Shown one piece after another: positions 1-11,911 of a DNA stretch of 64,000 nt (position 1 is the first letter of the stretch; every line of letters begins with the position of its first letter). The stretch comes from Podarcis muralis. Its lineage: Eukaryota. The notes below the pieces were generated by a model, which saw nothing but the letters and a program-made list of their open reading frames with translations, had not been told where the DNA came from and did no database searches. Both the position numbers and the translations under genes were made by a program. The stretch lies in NCBI RefSeq assembly GCF_964188315.1, contig NC_135667.1, positions 22,320,001 to 22,384,000 on the forward strand. Direction: 5' to 3'.

Positions 1-278
1 ACCCTAGGCCAACCCCAACCTCTCTCACCACCAAAGGAACACAAATGAACAACACAAGCAACGCTGACACCAAACTCTACATACATTAAAAATAATAGAA
101 ACACCGCCACCCAACCCCACCCCATCCATCTTCCCTCTCTCCACCCCCTTTCTTTTTTCTATTTTTTCTTCTCCCCCTAATGCCTCAACAAATGAAACAG
201 ATTTGTAAAAATGTTACATGGGGTAAAAAAATTTGAGGCATTACACTTACTTCTTAAAATATATTTTTTTAAAAAATA
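1..278 (+). mobile_element. Probable 3' end of a LINE (family unassigned) in intron 2 of V2R-A
   Basis: Pyrimidine/A-rich UTR-like stretch ending in an A-rich tail. Homology to the paralogous B intron (near 9960, AACTAGGGATTTTT) starts only at about 277, so this is an A-specific insert. Confidence 0.4.
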
Positions 279-609
279 ACTAGGGATTTTTCTTTTAGTA
301 ATTTGAGAACATGCACAGAGATTTCACAACTTACATTTGACATTTATAGGAAGGAATGGCCATATTATTCTCTTTGTATACTAAAAAAAAGATAAAAAGG
401 GAAATGTGATGAAGTACTAAAACTGTATAAGTGCACATAGAACCAGTGCTTTTTTCTGGGGGTACTCAATGTTACATAGGTTAACCTTTCTCTCTCCAAA
501 TGTTAAAAGTGTGGCATTTCCTGTAACAATCTCATGGTGACCTTTTTTTCTTAAAAACAAAACAAAAAAAGCACTGTATAACACACACACAAAGAGAGAC
601 CCAGCATAC

Positions 610-901
610 CTGTGGAATCTTGTAAATATCCACAAGCGTTGCCACTTGCAGTGAAGTTGGGGGGTCCAGTCCCCCAATGACCCCAATCAGGTTCGTTTGG
701 ACATCACAGTTGTAATTTGGAACAAAACCTCCCAAGGTGTATATGAGTAGCATTGTAGCATGGTAGGTCCACTTGTCAGTGAAATAGCTGTCATAGATGT
801 GGAAGCCCAAGGTGACATTGTGTAAGAGCTGAGGGTTTTCATTGATCTCTTTTACTGCAAATGCCAAGGCCAGGATGTGCTGATAATTCTTAGGTACCAC
901 A
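610..901 (-). CDS. V2R-A exon 2 (gene continues off the left edge)
   Basis: 292 bp, ttctag acceptor and GTATGC donor; [20 protein letters not shown]...YKIPQ. Confidence 0.93.
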
Positions 902-1352
902 CTAGAAGGTAAGTTATATTCGGAATCATAAGGAACCATCAAATGTTGTAAAAAGTATTGCAAATTTTATAAAAATAATGTTTTCTGTATATAGTCTATT
1001 AATTATTATTATTCATATTTATATAGAAACTTTCCTGAGGTAACCTTACCTTTAGGTGGCCCATACAAATTTTGCAACAACAACAACCAAACATTACCAT
1101 TGTTCATCATAACATATATTATCCTATTGTTTATCAGTACAGTAGCAATTCAGAGCACGGTGTTCCAAAATAAACGGTATAATTTAAGATCTTCAGGATA
1201 TGATATTTCATACAAAAGTCAGAACACATCTATCTTTTTTTTTAAAAGAGTTGTTTCTCTGGATAGTTTATTACCTTTCAAAACAATTCATGGAATGACA
1301 ATTAAGACTGATAACGAATAATAGTTTGAAAATATTACAATGAAGCCCTTAC

Positions 1353-1570
1353 ACAAGCTCTTCAGGCAAAGGTGATGGGGGTTTTTCAATGAAACTGATA
1401 GCATTGGAGACGATGAAAGTGTGGGAAGCGATAGCTCCAATGATTAGGTCTCCTGACTGGTGGTACTCATGAAGTGGAGGATCTGGATCATCAACCATGC
1501 ACTTAATGATGTGCGCTTTGCTTACCATGTGAGGAAGCAGTACCAGAAGCAAGAGGAACAATAACAGCAT
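1353..1570 (-). CDS. V2R-A exon 1 (signal peptide and N-terminus)
   Basis: ATG at 1570, hydrophobic leader, GDLIIGAI motif, phase-2 GTAAGG donor; 218 bp. Confidence 0.92.
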
Positions 1571-3496
1571 TGTGGGCAGAAATGTTTTCTCTAGATGCAG
1601 ATTTCTTATTTTTATCTCAAAAAGCTCAGAAATCAGACTGACACATTCCTGTCTAATAGTCTTAAATCCTAACCTCAGTCCTAGATTTCTGGAGGGTATA
1701 TTTATACAATTATTCAGAACTATGCTATTTTTTTGCTGGAGTCCACAGCAAACTGCACTGTGGTGTTGGAAAGTATCTCAGTTGATTAGAGTCCTTGGAT
1801 AATTAAAGAGGGAAGCAGTCACCAATTCAACAAGATGCATTCCATGTGGAATTGCTGAAGACTTGTTTTTCATGTCTGATATTGACTTGTTCCTTTTTTC
1901 TATCCCTTAAGGATCTCAAGGGGCACCTGAATTGGCTGTGAGAAACAAGAAATTTGCCCAGAGCCAGGGAAAATGGGGTTGTTTGAGCATGAGATTGTCT
2001 TGCTGCAGAACAGGGGTACCCAAAGTGGTTAGACCCCCCCATCCCATCATAACTGATGACAGACCAGGCAGATGGGATTTTGAGTCCAAAAACCAATTGA
2101 GTACAAGACTTTGTCTATGCCTGTTTTAGGACACAATCAGTGGTTTGAAGTTGGTGCCCACTGGAACTGGTATGGCAGAGAGGCCAGCCATGGATGGAAA
2201 TAGAGCTAATGAAAAGCAGAGCCAAAGTTAGTGGTCAGCACCGTCAATTCTATTTGAATACAGAATCGGGGGAGGGGGGCAACAATAAAGGCAAGAGCTG
2301 AACACGCACAGCTAAATAACATCATATGAACTGCAAATCTGCCAACACAACATTTTCCTCTTTTGCATTGCCCAGGCAGGAATATAATGTGATCCATGAG
2401 AGCAGCAAATAACAAGATTGTACAATAGTGATGGGATTAAAGCAGGCCAAATCTTTATTGACAGCAGCAGGCAGGGTAAGAGTTGGCATGGCATTGTGTC
2501 CCAGAACCAGTCCATCATTCCACAAACCCTATTTGGATAGAGTGGGTCTGCCAAGTTTGGAGTGCCCCAAATCTGTTCCATGACAGTTGGCCAGTGTTGA
2601 GTTTTGCAGTGTTGCTAGCCATGAAAGTAAGTTCTCTCTGGGTGAACAGGAATGACTGAAAATTAGCCAGGGATGATTTCCAGTTTTAAATGAGCACAGA
2701 ATCAAAGTTAGTTTCATTGGACAATATGAAACCCCAAGTCCAACCACATGTAATGCAGGAATCTTTGCCCAATGAAGGGCTTGAACCCACAACCCACCTG
2801 TATTTCAGCAATGGGTCCAATGAATCTACCTTATGAATGAACCTCAGTGATAAAAACTGATACATTCAATATTTAGTAGAGGTATTTTCCTAGGGTTGCC
2901 ATACATCTGGAATTGTCAGGCGGCAGCCAGAAGCTCCTATGGGCAGCTCCCCAGAAATATACAAAGACAAGGACATGTTTCTCACCATCTGCTTTTTATT
3001 CAGTATTTACAGAGAGGGGTTTGGAACGCATTCTCATTATCCCAGGTAAATCTCCACACGCACACACCGTCTCTCCCTCTTCTTCATTCATTATCTCCAT
3101 GGGTGCTGACAAGTGCCCTCTGTGTCTGAGCTCTTCACTCTCCTACTTGCAAGGCTTGCCAGGTTCTGGGAGGGGTGTGTGTCCTAGAATGCTTTATAAA
3201 AGACACTGTTTCCATCAGCTCCCCCCCCCCCCGTGCTTCCTCCTCCTCCACCTCTGCCATTATTTCCCCACTTTTGCCCTCATCTACCTCTGAGGTGTGA
3301 CCTCCCTCAGACCCCTGTTGTAATTCTGAACTGTATTCCTCTTCTCTGGAAGGGTCAGGCTGGCGTGGTTGTCTCCACCATTCCTCCTCTGCCCAGTCCC
3401 TGAGATCATCCTTCTCTCCAGAGCCCTCCTCCTCCTCATTGGTTTTGGTTGGTTGGGGTAGCATTGGCAAAACCTATTTGGTGTTTCACAACTTTC

Positions 3497-4260
3497 TGAC
3501 TAGTTGCAGGACCTTAGCCAGACCTAGCAGAGTTCACGCAGAATCCACGGAAGCAATTGGCGACTTGGCTGCAGACAGGATAGACGAAGCAGGAACCAGG
3601 AACTTGTAGTTAGGTCTTTATTATATACAGTGGACTATTTACAGGAACAGAACACGGATCTTTAGCTAGCTCTCTCATACACGACTCACAACTCCCAACC
3701 TCCAACTCCTACACTGACACACAGAACTCTGAACCTCTGAACTCTGAAATAACACATTCCAGTTAGTAGGCCATTAATTATCACTCATTTGAGAGAGCTT
3801 GACCAATCAGGGAGCTGTCTCCATGTCTCTGTTATCACCAGGCAGACTTACTCCTTCACATGACCTTCTGGCTGTCTGCCAAACCTTAATTGACTCTGTG
3901 TGAGTAGCTGCACGTACACAGTTTCCCAACAGTATGGAACACCCTTTCCAAGTGTGGGGCATGGACATGCTCTGTGTACTCTCATGATCTTTCTTCAAGA
4001 CCATACTCCCTCCATGCAATCAAGTATCACAACTTCTTTCTTTGCATCCTGGAGTCTAGAATTAATTCTGCTTTGTACTCTTTCTCTCCTTCTACCAAGA
4101 CAGGAAGTGCAGGTGCATGTCTAGGTGCCTGATAAGGGTGTGTAGGCACGAGGGCTGATCTGTGGAAGACAGGGTGAATCTTCATAGTTACAGGCAATTG
4201 AAGCCTAAAAGTCATGTGGTTGATCATCATTCCAGCTATGTGCCACTCCTTTAAGGCCAT
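3497..4260 (-). mobile_element. Degenerate Gypsy (chromodomain-type) LTR retrotransposon 3' end: integrase C-terminus, chromodomain and LTR-like tail
   Basis: FRLQLPVTMKIHPVFHRSAL...EGEKEYKAELILDSR...YLIAW (with a stop) matches the chromovirus integrase/chromodomain pattern. LTR limits are approximate. Confidence 0.75.
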
Positions 4261-5384
4261 TCACTTTCAGTTGAACTCTTATATTGCCATTTTAGGTGGT
4301 TTGCACATTACCAACTTGATATACATATATATATATTAGCAACTCATTATAATTATCTATTTATGATAATTGCATTTATTTTCTCTATATGAACTATGTA
4401 TAAATGAATGGTTTGATTCTTCTATTTCTGTATCCTTATGATGCTTTGTGAGAACCTCTGAACTACTATATTCCTCACCTGTCTATATCTAAAGGACTGT
4501 TTGAATAGTTTGAGGGCACAACAAATCAGGTTCTTTAGGCTACATGCTCTACCTTCATTGAGATTCCCCAAATTGTAGGAAATGGTAAGAATAGTTAAGG
4601 ATGTTTCGGAGAACTGATTGTCAAGGAAGATGGACGATAGGTGGGTGAAGCATGATTTCAGAGACTCCAGAGTACTGGGTACACAAGATAATGAAGGAAA
4701 GGAGATAAGGCAGTGAAGCAAGACAGTTTGAACCCCTTGACCTGTGACTTTTCTTGATGCATGCATGAATGCTATGACTTAGTAATGTATTGTGTTTGCA
4801 AACCCCATAAAAGCTTCGTTTAAATGTGCCTTAGGGCAGTTCCCTTAACTGGCAATTCTCTGAACAACTGGTTTTGGGAGGCTCCCCTATTCCAATAGCT
4901 GCTTTAATAAACTGGGTCCCAACTGGATGCTGAGCTTCTATATCTCTCTTGGTTCTGTTTTTCTTTAAGGTGTTATATTCTCATCTGGGCATAAGCCATT
5001 AAGAGCTGGTTTAGGAATAAATACTTATCACAAACTCATCTCATCATAATTCTGACTGACTATTCTTCATGATATATCTGTGATGCATCACCTTCAACTA
5101 TAGCAGGATCTGCTTGTTTCATTTAATATATACTGTAGACACTGTAAATATCAAAAGGTGTCTTTAGATGAGGTTGCCTCTGTTGGCTCCATGTCCAAGG
5201 ATTGGGCATCTGGTAGTTCTAAAAAAATTCTAATTCTTGAATAGGCTACAATGGTATTCAAGAACTCAAACTGAAAAAGTCTCCCTTGTGGAGGTGGTTC
5301 ATTCAACAATTCCCCTGAGATTTCCCCTTCTTTTTCCTCTAAAGGTGCCATAATGTATTATTCTACGTATTTCAAAATGGACAA

Positions 5385-6295
5385 TTACATTCTTTGAGGT
5401 TTTCTCCTTATCAGCTGTTCCTTGTTGTTCAACTCAGGTCTCAAGACAATTATGTAACATTTTGGGGAAAAGATGCAACCCAGCAGTCCAGCACCGGAAG
5501 TTAAAATAGAGAAGATCTCCACTGCCACCATGTATTTTCCCTTTGTGCTCAGGTAGGAAGGAATAAATGATAACCAAACACTGCAAAAGACAAACATGCT
5601 GAAAGTGATGAACTTGGCTTCATTGAAACTCCCAGGTAACTTTCTGGCAAGGAAAGCCACAGTGAAGCTGACAAATGCCAGGAATCCCAGGTAGCCAAGT
5701 ACACAGTAGAACAAAATCACAGACCCCTCATTGCATTCTAACACAATTTCTGAAGTGAAGGAGTGCATGTCAACATCTGGGAATGGGGAAGAAGTTGCAA
5801 GCCAAACAGTACAAATAAGTGCTTGGAGGAGGGAGCAGGAAAGAACAATGCAGCTGGCCAGACTCTTTCCCACCCACTTCCTCATTTTGGATCCAGGTTT
5901 GGTGGCCATGAAAGCCAGAACTACCGTGATGGTTTTTGCCAGCACACAAGCCACAGCCAATGAGAAGATGATGCCAAAGGCACTTTGTCGGAAGAGACAC
6001 ATCACCATATGGGGTTCTCCAATAAACAGAAATGTACAAAGGAAGCAAAGCAGGAGTGAGATGAGGAGAGTATAGGTGAGATCCCGGTTGTTGGCTTTGA
6101 CAATGGGAGTATTGTGGTGTTTTATAAATGTTGCAAGCACTAGAGTTGTGATCATAGAAGATGAAAGAGCTAAAGAGGCTAAACAGAGGCCCAAAGGTTC
6201 TTCATAAGACAAGAAGCTGACATCCTTTGGAATACATTGGTCTTGTCTTTCGTTTGGATATTTTTCATCTGTGCATTTATAACAATCAATTGCAT
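5385..6295 (-). CDS. V2R-B exon 6 (end of cysteine-rich domain and 7TM domain)
   Basis: ttcag|AT acceptor, [31 protein letters not shown], then stop; 911 bp. The six exons total 2637 bp in frame. Confidence 0.95.
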
Positions 6296-7213
6296 CTGAA
6301 AAAAGGATAGAATCTTTGTGAAGCTAGAAATTACAGTCTCATGCAATAAACATATGGCTGTAATCTTTTAATGCCTTTGTAAATCAGACATTTGAGTATT
6401 GTAATGAGCTTAGCCTTGACTTTTGTTGTGGGTTTGGAGTGGAGGGGCATTAAAAGCAAAGGTACTTGTCACCACAGACATAAGATGGTTAGATTCACAG
6501 CACTGACTGCATCAACAGATCTCGTTTCTCCATGCTTCACAGCTTTGGATGTAGCACAAATCCAGCATGTCTTTGTCTCTCAGCTTCTCAGCCTTGTGCC
6601 TGTTTCCAACTCAGCTCTCACACACCACAAGGCTATGATTCTCTATCTACCTGCCAGGTGGGGTGGGGTGGGGGAAGGCCCATCCATTTGCCCAGAAGGA
6701 ACCATCACTTAGTTGAAGCTCTTGTAACCCAGATCATTATTTTAGGATGGGGGTCATAATGCCCAGCCACAGCCATTACCTAATTAAAGAGATCCTTATG
6801 AAGGTGCTTAAGTGACACACTAAGGACATTATCTTACCACTGCCCAGTTAGCAATGGAATCTTTCAATGCACCATCACCTCAAAACCTACAACAATATTC
6901 AAGGCTAAGCTCAAGTATATTACAATGCTTAAATGTCTGATTTAAGAAGACATTAAGACATTACAACCATATGTTTTTGAATATTGCTCTAGAAATTATC
7001 CACTGGTGCACAAATGAAAGCCATGGCAATCTATTTAAGGAAATTAAGCTCAACTCTGTTGACAGAGAGAAATGTCTGGTTTTGAAAGGCATGGAAAAGT
7101 GTTTCTTCAGCTGATATTCTGCTGCTCAAAAAGAAACCCAAGTCTCAATGTCCAATTATTAAAAGGAAGCTGAGCTACATCTGTCTGGTAATGCTGTATA
7201 TAACATTTTTTAC

Positions 7214-7340
7214 CTTTCTGGTCTGAAATCTTCCCTTCTGGGCATGGAATGCAATCATAGCAGCAAAATGCCTCGCCCTCCTTCACTTTCTTGCAAAAAC
7301 CAGGGTAACAACTCTCACTGCACACAGATAGAGGCTGTGC
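7214..7340 (-). CDS. V2R-B exon 5 (cysteine-rich domain)
   Basis: 127 bp, AG/GT; PLSVCSESCYPG...[14 protein letters not shown]. Confidence 0.94.
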
Positions 7341-7489
7341 CTAAAGTGTAAGTGAAAGGGGTTAATGATAATCTTGATGATAAGGATCTTGGAACCCATA
7401 AAATCTAGACTAATTCTCAAAAGTTACACACATTCACAAAATCCAGCATTTAATAGGGACAGTAGAGTATTATCCCAAACTGTCTCTAC

Positions 7490-7717
7490 CTGGTTAAATC
7501 CCCTGTGCCATCTTATAGCATCCTCATTGATTTTGAACGCTTGGTCTGGAGGAGCTTGGGGATCCAGCCTCCCAACTTTCACTCTATGAAAGGATTGGTT
7601 TGCGGCGAAAATCCAGTTCATGATATCAAAACCAGCTGCTAACTCCCCATTCTGGTCAAAGGAAACTTTCCCACCTGCACTGTTGTTAAATGAGACACCT
7701 TTCATAAACCGGTGTAG
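7490..7717 (-). CDS. V2R-B exon 4
   Basis: 228 bp, AG/GT; LHRFMKGVSFNNSAG...WHRGFNQ. Confidence 0.94.
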
Positions 7718-8059
7718 CTGATTTGAAAAGGAAAAAGCAAGAATTGGAAAATTCTGCAACTTGAGCTTGTATGTAAAGTGATAAATGTGAAATAGATTCC
7801 ATTTTTGCAAGGTTTCCCAAATAGAACATTTTATGAATGCTATTTTCATTAAAATTCACATTTTGGGGCTCACATTCCCCCCAATACATGTTCCTTTCTC
7901 GTTCACATTATTCGATTAGAGAACACCATTGTAAAATTAGAATAGTTTCCAATTTCAGAGGAAAGCTGCATTTAAATTTATGTATTAATTTGGGGAGTGT
8001 GTTTGTATACATTAAAATATACACAGAATGACTTTTCCTCTATCTCTAATATTCATTAC

Positions 8060-8920
8060 CTGCCAAAGGCATTGGCCCGGACATTTCTTCATACCTCTGT
8101 TCTTCATTCCACTGTGCTTGAGACTAGATGAGGACATAGCATGTAAAGCATGGGCCATAACATAGACAGCATTATGGATACTGTAGCTATGAGAGGTCAT
8201 GCTCATTTCAAAAAAAGATGGAGGGAGACTCTCCAGCTTTTCCTCCCCAGTGCAAATGTCTCCATCCACCTTGACCGCATCTGTATTTGGGAATACACAG
8301 CCAAAGGCCTGTTGCCAGAAGATCTTGATAAAACCATCTCCTGTGGCGCTGGATGGGTTTCTACTTCTAACAAATTCTTGAAATCCTGGTAGATCATTGG
8401 CATGAATTGTAAATGAGAGAGATCCATGGATTATTTCTGTATCCCAAGTCCTCTGATACACCATTGAAGTGAGGTCAGTCTGGGCTGTTATTATCCACAC
8501 TATACCTTTTGACTTCTTCTTTATATGTTCTTGTCCTGACAGGTATGGAAACCATCTCAACAACGCAATCCCATAGGATTCTCCATATGCCACCACTACA
8601 TGGGCTTTACTGTCTATGATTTTGTCATGTATTTTACCCCCCTTGTTAATCATGTCATGAATATCAGTGACAATGGTAAATGTTAGGCTTCTTTCTATGA
8701 AGGCAAAGCAGATACCACTCCGAGAAAAAGGCGGAACCACACTTTGCACAAATCTTTCTCCATTGTCATTATCCATAGTTAGGAGTCCAATCCAAGTCCA
8801 CCTGAAATGCAGAAGCAAAGAAAGAATCCCTGCAAACTGACTGTTTTCTCTGGGCACCATCTGGTAGAATGGGATGCCTGGTGTTTTGTCATTCATCACT
8901 GGAGCAGGGCCATAGATGAG
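8060..8920 (-). CDS. V2R-B exon 3 (Venus flytrap domain)
   Basis: 861 bp open frame, AG/GT; FYQMVP, HFRWTWIG, HNAVYVMAHALH. Confidence 0.95.
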
Positions 8921-8983
8921 CTAAAGAAAATAGTGGAGAGGAAAGAATGGGATTGTATTCTTATGAATTTGGAGGAGGAAGTA

Positions 8984-9539
8984 CGTTGTATGCTTACATA
9001 CATAAGACCCTTAGAAGGTTCTTAACGGCTAGAACCAGCAAATGTTTAAATCTAAGGAAGGATTCAAATGGTTAAATAACCAGACAGGCTTCTTGATAAC
9101 AGCCCTCAAGTATGGGTCGTTAACGTAACAAAGGAAGTGTCTCTGTGTATGATAACAAATGAGTGTGTGCCCTTCTCTCAACTCCTTGGCAGTTAGTTAG
9201 AAATGATCAGGACAAAGCTGAGTTCTGTTTGTGTGCAAGCTAGAAGCTGGAAATAGCAGGCTAGGAAGCCAGAGAGAGATAGCCATGCTTCATTTCTTCT
9301 TGAATCAGAGGCTGTGGCTATTGGAGAAGTAAGACTGCAGCCATGGGAGAAGCAAGAGCCTTTTGGTGTGTTAATGCTGTGAACCTCTCCATCATAGGCT
9401 CAGGGTGTATATATGCATAAGCAAACCATGTATCATAAAGACTATGCAGTCTCCACTGTACCGCATTTCAAGGGAAACACAAACCCTGGGTAAGTGCCTG
9501 GAACTTCAAATTGCTCTGAGATTGGGATGGTAGGCAACA
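8984..9539. mobile_element. Probable solo LTR in B intron 2
   Basis: (C)GTTG...CAACA termini. The sequence interrupts intron homology with gene G upstream of exon 3. TSD is unclear. Confidence 0.5.
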
Positions 9540-9639
9540 GTATGTTATGAAGTCCTAGTCAGAGTAGACCCATTGAAATGAATGAATCTCAATAATGCAT
9601 ATGCATTAACTTCAATGGTTTAATATGAGTAGGACCAGT

Positions 9640-9819
9640 CAGTGGCGTAGGGTGGGGGGTGCAGGGGGGGCCGGCCGCACCGGGCGCAACATCTGGGGTT
9701 AGGGCAAATCCATGGGTTAGGGGGCGCAAATCCACAGGTTAGGGGGCTCAAATCCACGGGTTAGGGGGCGCAAATTACTTGCCTTGCCCCGGGTGCTGAC
9801 AACCCACGCTACGCCACTG
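9640..9819. mobile_element. hAT-type MITE with internal 21-bp tandem repeats
   Basis: TIRs CAGTGGCGTAG/CTACGCCACTG; perfect 8-bp TSD GGACCAGT at 9632-9639 and 9820-9827. Confidence 0.88.
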
Positions 9820-10277
9820 GGACCAGTGTTGAATAGACAGAATGTTCGAAGAAAAATACACCCACATTTTGTCAATAATATTTTCAGTAAACTTGAAATG
9901 TTAGTGGCTTTTCCTTTCCTGTGGCTGAGCCAGTCAACTTCTCAGTAGCATAAATAACAACTAGGGATTTTTTTATTATTATTAATTTAAGAACATGCAC
10001 AGAGGTTTATTTCACAGATGAGATTTGACATTTATAGGAAGGAATGGCCATGAATTTATATTATTCTCTGTGTATACCAAAAAAAGAGGAAATGTGACAA
10101 AGTACTAAAATTGTAAAAGTACACATAGAACCAGTGCTTTTCCTGGGGGTACTCAATGGTACATAGGTAAATCTTTCTCTCTCCAAATGTTAACATTGTG
10201 GCTTTTTCTTTAACAACCTCATGGTGAGTAGTGGCACCTTTTTTTCCTCAAAAAAGAAAAAAAGCACCGTATAGAAC

Positions 10278-10280
<3 letters not shown>

Positions 10281-10310
<30 letters not shown>
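10281..10310. repeat. (CA)n microsatellite
   Basis: Direct reading. Confidence 0.9.
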
Positions 10311-10313
<3 letters not shown>

Positions 10314-10324
10314 ACCCATCATAC

Positions 10325-10616
10325 CTGTGGAATCTTGTAAATATCCACCAGTGTTGCCACTTGAAGTGAGGTTGGGGGGTCCAGTCCCCCAATGACCCCA
10401 ATCAGGTTAGTTTGGATATCACAGGTGTAATTTGGAACAAAACCTCCCAGGGTGTATATGAGTAGCATTGTAGCATGGTAGGTCCACTTGTCAGTGAAAT
10501 AGCTGTCATAGATGTGGAAGCCCAAAGTGACATTGTGTAAGAGCTGAGGGTTTTCATTGATCTCTTTTACTGCAAATGCCAAGGCCAGGATGTGCTGATA
10601 ATTCTTAGGTACTGCA
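10325..10616 (-). CDS. V2R-B exon 2
   Basis: 292 bp, AG/GT, near-identical to A exon 2. Confidence 0.95.
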
Positions 10617-11057
10617 CTAGAAGGTAAGTTGTATTCTGAATCATAAGGAACAATTACATGTTGTAAAAAGTATTGCAAATGTTATAAAAAAAATGTATTC
10701 TATATCTCATTATTCATATTCATCTAACAATTTTCTTGAGGTAACCTTACCTTTAGGTGGCCCATACAAATTTTAAATCAACAACAACCAAATGTTACCA
10801 TTGTTCATCAAAACATATGCTTTCCTATTCTTTATCAGTAAAGTAGCAATTCAGAGCAGGGTGTTCCAAAATGGTATAATTTAAGATCTTCAGGATATGA
10901 TATTTGATACAAATGACTGGGCATAGCTTTCCCTCTTTTTTTAAATAACAGTTGTTTCTTTGGATAGATTATTGCCTTTCAAACAAATACTTAATGGAAT
11001 GAAAATTAAGACTAATAACTAATATTAGTTTACAAAATATTATAGTTAAGCCCTTAC

Positions 11058-11275
11058 GCAAGCTCTTCAGGCAAAGGTGATGGGGGTTTTTCAATGAAGC
11101 TGATTGCATTGGAGATGATGAAAGTGTGGGAAGCGATAGCTCCAATGATTAGGTCTCCTGACTGGTGGTACTCATGAAGCGGAGGATCTGGATCATCAAC
11201 CATGCACTTAATGATGTGCGCTTTGCTTACCATTTGAGGAAGCAGTGCCAGAAGCAAGAGGAACAATAACATCAT
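11058..11275 (-). CDS. V2R-B exon 1
   Basis: ATG at 11275, signal peptide, GTAAGG donor; 218 bp. Confidence 0.93.
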
Positions 11276-11911
11276 TGTGGGCAGAAATGTTTTCTCTAGA
11301 TGCAGATTTCTTATTTTTATCTCTTAAAGCTCAGGACTAAAATATACAGTATAGGGTCAGAAATCAGACTGACACAATATTGTCTAATAGTCTTAATTCC
11401 TAAACCAGTCCTAGATTTCTGGAGGGTATATTTATACAATTATTCAGAACTGTGATATTAGTTTTGCTGGAGTACACAGTAAACTGCACTGTAGTGCTGA
11501 AAAGTAGCTTGTTAATTAGAGTACTTTGGATAATTAAAAAGGAAGAAGTCACCAATTCAACAAGGAGCATTCCATGTGGAATTACCGAGGACATGTTTTT
11601 CATGTCTGAAATTAACTTTTTACTTTTTACTTTTTCCAATCCATTAAGGAGCTCAAGGGGCAACTGAATTGGCTGTGAGAAACAAGAAATTTGTTCAGAG
11701 CCAGGGAAAAAGGGGGTGTTTGAGCATGAGATTGTCTTGCTGCAGAACAGGGGTACCCAAAGTGAATCCTCCAAAAGTTGTTAGACCCCCCCCCAACCCC
11801 ATCGTAACTGATGACAGACCAGGCAGATGGGATTTTGAGTCCAAAAACCTACTGAGTACAAGACTTTGTCTATGCCTGTTTTAGGACACAATCAGTGGTT
11901 TGAAGTGGTTC

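Noticed and set aside
902-963. Open frame upstream of exon 2 ([11 protein letters not shown]) shared by A, B, G and H
   Set aside because: It lies 5' of a consensus TTCTAG acceptor that gives the invariant 292-bp exon, and C has a stop there. It is best read as conserved branch-point and acceptor sequence.
2040-2100. CTGATGA as a possible hammerhead ribozyme core (also 11808 and 61191)
   Set aside because: No correctly placed GAAA or stems II/III, and the G paralog of the 61191 site lacks the motif.
3135-3470. Acidic 111-aa ORF (EEEWWRQP)
   Set aside because: Low-complexity purine-rich repeat-like DNA, with no splice context or recognisable domain.
4430-4990. Possible solo LTR (CATAAAA and AATAAA present)
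   Set aside because: Could not define termini or a TSD.
5731-6075. Antisense ORFs recurring over exons 6 and 3 (also 55503-55847, 33693-33914, 17788-18027, 28168-28407)
   Set aside because: Shadow frames of conserved V2R codons; their recurrence follows from paralogy.
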